Source: Candidatus Caldarchaeum sp.
GTDB lineage: Archaea > Thermoproteota > Nitrososphaeria_A > Caldarchaeales > Caldarchaeaceae
Assembly: GCA_038885755.1 (NCBI GenBank)
Contig: JAVZZH010000008.1
Coordinates: 1 to 20,942, forward strand
DNA: 20,942 bases
Direction of reading: 5' to 3'
Shown piece after piece: positions 15,688-20,942 of this stretch (position 1 is the stretch's first letter; every line of letters starts with the position of its first letter). A program made the position numbers and the translations under genes. Under the pieces are notes generated by a model that was not told the DNA's origin, made no database searches, and was given only the letters and a program-made list of their open reading frames with translations.

Positions 15688-16796
15688 CCCACCCGCCTCA
15701 AAACCACCAACGAACCACCGTCAGCTATTTCACCGTCCACCGAAGCAGCCAGACACAGCCGCCACCGCCGGGACTCCATCAGCTTGACTGACTGAACCAC
15801 TCTCTGGAGACCTGACGCGTTCAAGGCATAGCCCATGCCCAAGCATCCCCCCGACGGGTTCACAGGATGAAGAGCATCACCGTCAAACTCTCCTCTCCTC
15901 AGGGATTCGATGACCGGAGCATCCCACAGACGCAGCTCGTCGAGTATCATCAGCTCTGTGTGTGCAAACGGCTCGGACACCTCGACGAAGTCAACGCTTT
16001 TAGGCTTGTTGCCCTTCGTCGCCGCTGCGAACGCGGTCCTGACCCAAAGAGCCCTCCCCCACTCCCTTCTCGACAAGTCTGTCGATTGATGGCCTTGGGA
16101 GAAGCCGACGCCTTCGACGAGGACCTTGCCATACCTGCTATCGTTTGTCAGGATGACGACGGCTGCGTAGTCGGCCAGCGGCGCCACATGAACCCGTTTC
16201 AGAGGCGTGGAAACCGTCTCAGACCTGTCCAACTCCTCAACGGTCTTCCTCTCGCCGTATGCTGCTGAGGGGTTTGCGGCGGCGTTTCTCTTGTTTTTTG
16301 CGGCGACTGCTGTGAGGTCGAGGCCCGTTCCTCGGGTGCGGTGCAGGAATGCCTGTGCGTCCAAAGCCGCCAAAGCATAGTGGGGTGGGCAGAGCGGGCG
16401 TAAGACGTGAGGGTCGAGGGAGTTGAGAAGGATTTCAGGGTAGTTGAGAATGTTTGACGGTTTGGAGTATGCTGCTACGAGGATGGTTTTGAAGCGTCCT
16501 GTCTTGATGAGCATGTATCCGTGGATGAAAGCGTTCAGCGAGTCGTTGGAGACGAGCGTGTTGAACTTGAGCCTTCCACCAACTTGGTCGGGCGTGTAGG
16601 AGTCCGTGATGCTCATGCCTTCGTAGAAATCCATCCCGCTTGAAACAACGCCGTCCACCGCTGAGGGATCCATGTCCGCGTCCCTGTAGGCCTCCACGGC
16701 CGCCGTGTAAAGCATCTCCCTAAAATCGGCGTCGACATACTCCCTCCTGCAAGGGATTTCACCGACACCGGCAACCCATACATCCATCGCGTCCAC
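15684..16796 (-). CDS. Thiolase-fold protein lacking catalytic residues, Ltp4-like partner subunit
   Basis: SSGMDFYEGMSI, VSNDSLNAFIHGYM, AYSKPS, LDPHVLRPL, EVSEPF and VNPSGGCLG. Confidence 0.82.
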   Translation of the reverse strand: MDAMDVWVAGVGEIPCRREYVDADFREMLYTAAVEAYRDADMDPSAVDGVVSSGMDFYEGMSITDSYTPDQVGGRLKFNTLVSNDSLNAFIHGYMLIKTGRFKTILVAAYSKPSNILNYPEILLNSLDPHVLRPLCPPHYALAALDAQAFLHRTRGTGLDLTAVAAKNKRNAAANPSAAYGERKTVEELDRSETVSTPLKRVHVAPLADYAAVVILTNDSRYGKVLVEGVGFSQGHQSTDLSRREWGRALWVRTAFAAATKGNKPKSVDFVEVSEPFAHTELMILDELRLWDAPVIESLRRGEFDGDALHPVNPSGGCLGMGYALNASGLQRVVQSVKLMESRRWRLCLAASVDGEIADGGSLVVLRRVG

Positions 16797-16800
16797 CCGC

Positions 16801-17946
16801 CTAGTAGGACTTTGGAAGACCTAGCACGTGGCGACCGATGTGGCTGAGGGCGAGCTCGTTCGTGACGGGGGCGGTGCTGAAAAGCCGGATGACGGGGTAG
16901 AAGGTGATGATGTCTGTGCCTGTGTCGTAGGCGTTGCCGCCGAAGACCTGCATCGCTGCCTCAAAAGCCTCCAGCGCGGCCTCAGCCCCGACAACCTTAG
17001 CCATGTTCGCAAAACCTGCCGCCGGCTTGCCTGAGTCGTAGATCTCCGAAGCCTCGTAAACTAGGCTCCTAGCCGCCTCCAGATATGCCTTGGCGCGGGC
17101 CAGCCGCAGCTGGAGACCTTGGTAGGAGCCGATGGGCTTGCCGAAGACGACTCTCTGGCCAGCGTATTCAACAGCCCTGGCTAGGACATGGTCTCCAAGC
17201 CCCACGCTGCAGGCCGCTATCAGGATTCTTTCAACGTTAAGCCCGTCGAAGAGGTAGTCGGCTCCCCGGCCCTCCATCCCCACCAAGTTCTCCTCGCCAA
17301 GCTGAAGCTCGTCGAAGTAGACCGTGTACTGGGTTTCGGGGGAGTGGAGCTCGATGTCCAAAGGCTCGAAGCTCACCCCGCTCGACCTCGTCTCGAACAA
17401 GAACAGCGAGATCCCCTCCCTCTTCACAGCAACCTCCTCGTATTTTCTCGTCCTTGCCACGACGAGCATGAAATCTGACTCCCGCGCTCCTGTGATGAAC
17501 GTCTTCTGCCCGGACAAGACGTAGCTGCCTCCTCGTCTCTCGGCAAAAGTCTTAATCCTCCAAGTATCCGACCCTGCTTCCGCCTCTGTGAGGCAGAGGC
17601 TTATCTTCCTGCCATCTAGGCATGTGGGCTCCACAAACGTCTTGAACTGCGAGGCCGAGCCATGCCTCAAGACAATTGCTCTAGACAGATGCGTTGTCAG
17701 GAACTGGAGGAGCGGGATGCCCGCCCTAGCAAGGCCCTCTTGAACCAGCACGGCCTCAATCAAACCAGACTCCTGCCCGCGGGCTAGGTTCACGCCGGCA
17801 GCCGTGAGACCCGAACCCTTCAGCTCCGACCAAAGCAGCTCGGGAGGTCTTTTATCACGGGCGCAGGACAGCCAGTACCCACGCCCAACCCGCCGGCCGA
17901 CCTTCTCGGCTGTCTGAAGGATGATTTGATGCTCTTCAGAAAGCAT
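16801..17946 (-). CDS. Acyl-CoA dehydrogenase
   Basis: CLTEAEAGSD, GQKTFITGA, GLNVERILIAA, RVVFGKPIGSYQGLQ, QVFGGNAY and C-terminal APVTNEL...LGLPKSY. Confidence 0.95.
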   Translation of the reverse strand: MLSEEHQIILQTAEKVGRRVGRGYWLSCARDKRPPELLWSELKGSGLTAAGVNLARGQESGLIEAVLVQEGLARAGIPLLQFLTTHLSRAIVLRHGSASQFKTFVEPTCLDGRKISLCLTEAEAGSDTWRIKTFAERRGGSYVLSGQKTFITGARESDFMLVVARTRKYEEVAVKREGISLFLFETRSSGVSFEPLDIELHSPETQYTVYFDELQLGEENLVGMEGRGADYLFDGLNVERILIAACSVGLGDHVLARAVEYAGQRVVFGKPIGSYQGLQLRLARAKAYLEAARSLVYEASEIYDSGKPAAGFANMAKVVGAEAALEAFEAAMQVFGGNAYDTGTDIITFYPVIRLFSTAPVTNELALSHIGRHVLGLPKSY

Positions 17947-17970
17947 CAGAGCAGAAATCGCGGCAGCCTA

Positions 17971-18012
17971 CTTAAGCTTTGCATGCAGCGGCAGACCCGG
18001 CGAATTTATAAA
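17971..18012. promoter_or_regulatory. Divergent TATA boxes (acyl-CoA dehydrogenase operon / small membrane protein-thrC)
   Basis: CTTAAG at 17971-17976, about 25 nt from the ATG at 17946, and a strong TTTATAAA at 18005-18012. Confidence 0.55.
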
Positions 18013-18038
18013 TAGACGCTATTCCGCAAGTAGATGGT

Positions 18039-18227
18039 TTGGTCTCGGCCAAAACTGTCGTCCGATTGATGACCAAGGGCGTTGGAGGAGCCCTGCTGGC
18101 GGTCTCCGTCTCCGTGCTTTACCAGCTGTCGACCACCGCCGCGACGGGAATACCGTTGATAGGTGCTTTGACGGCGTTTTTCGTGGTGCTGATGGTCTTA
18201 GGCTCAGCCCTCATAATCCTTTCCTGA
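18039..18227 (+). CDS. Small 2-TM membrane protein (start TTG 18039 or ATG 18069)
   Basis: Two hydrophobic helices; lies downstream of a TATA box and directly upstream of thrC. Confidence 0.6.
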   Translation: MVSAKTVVRLMTKGVGGALLAVSVSVLYQLSTTAATGIPLIGALTAFFVVLMVLGSALIILS

Positions 18228-18240
18228 AGCTGAGAAACCC

Positions 18241-19455
18241 GTGAAGCCGCCATCCATACAATCCTGCATCTCCTGCAAAGCAGTCTACCCGGCAGAGGAA
18301 GTACTCTACACATGCCGGAGATGCGGTTCGCTGCTGGAGGTTAGGCTCACAGGGCTTGGTGAGCTGAGCGGGAATGAGCTTGCAGGCATTTGGAGGAGCC
18401 GTGGAAGAGGTATGTGGAGCTTCCGGGAAGTGCTGCCTGTTGGGGGCAGGATAGTTTCATTGGACGAGGGAGGCACGCCGCTGTACGTCGCCGAGAAAGC
18501 CGCTAGGTGGGCAGGTGTCAGAGAGGTGTTGGTCAAGTTCGAGGGCCTCAACCCGACTGGAAGCTTCAAGGACAGGGGAATGAGCGTAGGCGTATCCAAG
18601 GCCCTCGAGCTGGGGAAGAAAGTCGTCGTCTGCGCATCAACAGGCAACACAGCGTCGTCCATGGCTGCCTACGCAGCCGCCGCAGGCCTCAGACCAGTAG
18701 TCGTCATACCCAAATACGGCGTCGCCTCGGGCAAGGTTTTCCAGACAATCCTCCACGGAGCCCAGCTGGTCCAAGTCTCCGAAGGATTCGACAAAGCCTT
18801 GAGCTCGGTGTTGTCCTCGACGGTCGGCAGCGACGCCTACATACTTAACTCCGTCAACCCCTGGAGGATCGAGGGACAGAAGACGCTGGCCTACGAGCTT
18901 TGGAAAGAGGTCGAGCACGACTCTTACATGGTGAGCATTCCCGTCGGGAACTGTGGAAACATATCAGCTCTCTGGAAGGGCTTCAAGGAGTTGGAAGAGC
19001 TCGGGCTCGTCAAATCCCCGCCCAGGCTTGTCGCCGTCCAGGCTGAGGGCGCGTCGCCTTTTGTGGACATGGTCAGGCGAGGAGACGAGGTTTTAAGACC
19101 TTTCGAAAAGCCCTCGACGATTGCTTCCGCGATAAGGATCGGCAGGCCGGTCAACTGGAGGAAGGCTTTGAAGGCTGTGAGGGAGTCGGAGGGTTTGGCT
19201 GTGAAGGTGAGCGACCAGCTGATCCTCGAGGCTCAGAGGATTCTCGCGTCGCAGGAGGGGATAGGGGTGGAGCCGGCCTCCGCCGCATCGCTGGCCGGGG
19301 TTAAGAAAGCCGTCGAGGAAGGGCTTGTCGACAGGAGCTCGAGAGTTGTCTGCATAGCGACCGGTCACGCCCTTAAAGACCCGAACCCAGAGATAGCGGC
19401 TAAATACCTTGGAGCGGAGCTCTCCAGCCTTGACGAGGTTTTGAAGAGTGTTTAA
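18241..19455 (+). CDS. thrC: Threonine synthase
   Basis: N-terminal CxxC...CxxC, SLDEGGTPL, FEGLNPTGSFKDRG (PLP Lys), CASTGNT, NSVNPWRIEGQKT, PVGNCGN, EPASAA and TGHALKDP. Confidence 0.95.
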   Translation: MKPPSIQSCISCKAVYPAEEVLYTCRRCGSLLEVRLTGLGELSGNELAGIWRSRGRGMWSFREVLPVGGRIVSLDEGGTPLYVAEKAARWAGVREVLVKFEGLNPTGSFKDRGMSVGVSKALELGKKVVVCASTGNTASSMAAYAAAAGLRPVVVIPKYGVASGKVFQTILHGAQLVQVSEGFDKALSSVLSSTVGSDAYILNSVNPWRIEGQKTLAYELWKEVEHDSYMVSIPVGNCGNISALWKGFKELEELGLVKSPPRLVAVQAEGASPFVDMVRRGDEVLRPFEKPSTIASAIRIGRPVNWRKALKAVRESEGLAVKVSDQLILEAQRILASQEGIGVEPASAASLAGVKKAVEEGLVDRSSRVVCIATGHALKDPNPEIAAKYLGAELSSLDEVLKSV

Positions 19456-19486
19456 ATCATGCGGAGCAGTCTAGAACGATAGGTGA
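19451..19486 (+). promoter_or_regulatory. Putative rtcB TATA box (overlapping the thrC stop) and Shine-Dalgarno site
   Basis: TTTAAAT at 19451-19457; AGGTGA at 19481-19486, 9 nt before the ATG at 19496. Confidence 0.55.
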
Positions 19487-19495
19487 AGGTCTCCG

Positions 19496-20942
19496 ATGGT
19501 TCCTCCTCTGGAGAAGATAGCAAACAACACGTGGCGCATACCAACAACCTATCGAAAGGACATGAAAGTGCCTGTGATAATCTACTCGTCGGAGAAGCTG
19601 CTGGAGAAGATGAAGACCGACCGAACGCTTGAGCAGGCGGTAAACGTGGCGAGCCTGCCCGGAATAGTCAAGCAGGCAGTCGTATTGCCCGACGCCCACG
19701 AAGGATACGGCTTCCCCATAGGCGGTGTTGCAGCCATGGACGCGACGGAGGGTGTGATATCTCCCGGCGGAGTCGGCTACGACATAAACTGCGGCGTGAG
19801 GTTGATGGTCACTAATTTGACGGTTGAAGACGTTAGGCCTAGGATTGTCGAGCTTGTGAACACAGTTTTTCGGAACGTTCCAGCGGGCCTCGGGTCTCGC
19901 CGTAAGGACTTTGTCGTCACTCATTCTGACCTCGACCGTTTAGCGGTTGAAGGAGCCCGGTACGTCATCGAGAAGTACGGTCTGGGCTGGAGTGATGACT
20001 TTAGGAAGATGGAGGAGGAGGGCCGGTACCCCAGCTACAAGGCCGGCAACGTCCCCGACCCCGACCCTCAAGTCGTCTCGCGTGAGGCGAAGGCTCGTGG
20101 AGAGTCGCAGATAGGAACCCTGGGCAGCGGCAACCACTTTCTCGAGATACAGCGGGTTGACAGAATATTCGACGAGAGGGCAGCCAAGGCGATGGGGATA
20201 ACGCAGGAAGGCCAGATAACTGTTTTGATCCACTGCGGAAGCAGGGGCTACGGGCATCAGATCTGCAGCGACTACCTGAGGGTTATGGAGAGGGCTGTCT
20301 CCAAGTACGGCTTGAGGCTGCCGGACAGGGAGCTGGCCTGCACGCCGGCGAACAGCCCGGAGGCGACACAGTATCTGAAAGCGTTCGGATGCGCTGTGAA
20401 CTTCGCTTTCGCGAACAGGCAGGCCATCAGCCACTGGGTCCGGCAGAGCTTCGAGCAAGTCTTCAAGAGGAGCGCCGACAGCATGGGCATGCAGATAGTC
20501 TACGACGTCTGCCACAACATCGTGAAGCTGGAGAAGCACAAGGTCGACGGAAGCGACCGGGATGTTTTCGTTCACAGGAAGGGAGCCACCCGGAGCTTCC
20601 CGTCGGGGCATCACCTAATACCCCAAGTCTACAGAGATGTGGGCCAGCCGGTGCTCATACCGGGGTCGATGGGGACGGCCAGCTGGGTTTTGCTCGGCAG
20701 CGAGAAGGCTATGAGCCTAAGCTTCGGCAGCACGGCTCACGGGGCCGGCAGGGAGATGAGCAGGAGCGGTGCGAAGAGGCGCTACAGGGGGGAGCAGGTT
20801 TTGAGCGAGCTGGAGCGGCGGGGGATCTACGTGAAGGGCGACAGCATGGAGACCGTCGTCGAGGAGGTTGACGCAGCCTACAAGTCGGTCGATGAAGTCG
20901 TCGAGGTAAGCCACCAAGTCGGAATAGGGACGAAGGTCGCTA
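19496..20942 (+). CDS. rtcB: tRNA-splicing/RNA repair ligase RtcB (3' end just beyond the window)
   Basis: Manual translation from ATG 19496: MVPPLEKIANNTWRIP...LPDAHEGYGFPIGGVAA...SPGGVGYDINCGVRL...GTLGSGNHFLE...HCGSRGYGHQ...YDVCHNIVK...HRKGATR...IPGSMG...STAHGAGR...AYKSVDEVV. It is absent from the ORF track because there is no stop codon inside the window. Confidence 0.97.
   Translation, partial: MVPPLEKIANNTWRIPTTYRKDMKVPVIIYSSEKLLEKMKTDRTLEQAVNVASLPGIVKQAVVLPDAHEGYGFPIGGVAAMDATEGVISPGGVGYDINCGVRLMVTNLTVEDVRPRIVELVNTVFRNVPAGLGSRRKDFVVTHSDLDRLAVEGARYVIEKYGLGWSDDFRKMEEEGRYPSYKAGNVPDPDPQVVSREAKARGESQIGTLGSGNHFLEIQRVDRIFDERAAKAMGITQEGQITVLIHCGSRGYGHQICSDYLRVMERAVSKYGLRLPDRELACTPANSPEATQYLKAFGCAVNFAFANRQAISHWVRQSFEQVFKRSADSMGMQIVYDVCHNIVKLEKHKVDGSDRDVFVHRKGATRSFPSGHHLIPQVYRDVGQPVLIPGSMGTASWVLLGSEKAMSLSFGSTAHGAGREMSRSGAKRRYRGEQVLSELERRGIYVKGDSMETVVEEVDAAYKSVDEVVEVSHQVGIGTKVA

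Noticed and set aside
19457-20917. ORFs 19457..19924, 19940..20614, 20272..20490, 20389..20871 and 20717..20917
   Set aside because: They are antisense or off-frame shadows of rtcB.

Overview
Archaeal chromosomal window. Gene content, TATA/BRE promoters and a stand-alone 23S gene suggest a thermophilic Thermoproteota/TACK lineage, possibly Caldarchaeum ('Aigarchaeota')-like; this is an inference. From left to right: the 5' part of a 23S rRNA gene (minus strand) with its own promoter and no 16S upstream; a 59-aa four-CxxC zinc-finger gene missed by the ORF track; a geranylgeranyl reductase; acylphosphatase; tRNA-Arg(CCT). Next is a glycosylation cluster: a ribophorin I/Ost1-like membrane protein, a DUF354 GT-B protein, an AglH-like GlcNAc-1-P transferase, a 2-TM protein, a degenerate UDP-sugar dehydrogenase and a Gfo/Idh/MocA dehydrogenase that ends inside tRNA-Pro(CGG). 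Then come a surface-protein + 3-TM protein + atypical KaiC-like ATPase operon, an orphan 2-oxoacid dehydrogenase E1 alpha, and an acyl-CoA dehydrogenase + Ltp4/Ltp3-like Cys-less thiolases + two DUF35 proteins operon. The window ends with a small membrane protein, thrC and rtcB (truncated by the window end and absent from the ORF track). No CRISPR array, IS element or integrase was seen. All family assignments come from motif recognition by eye, not from database searches.
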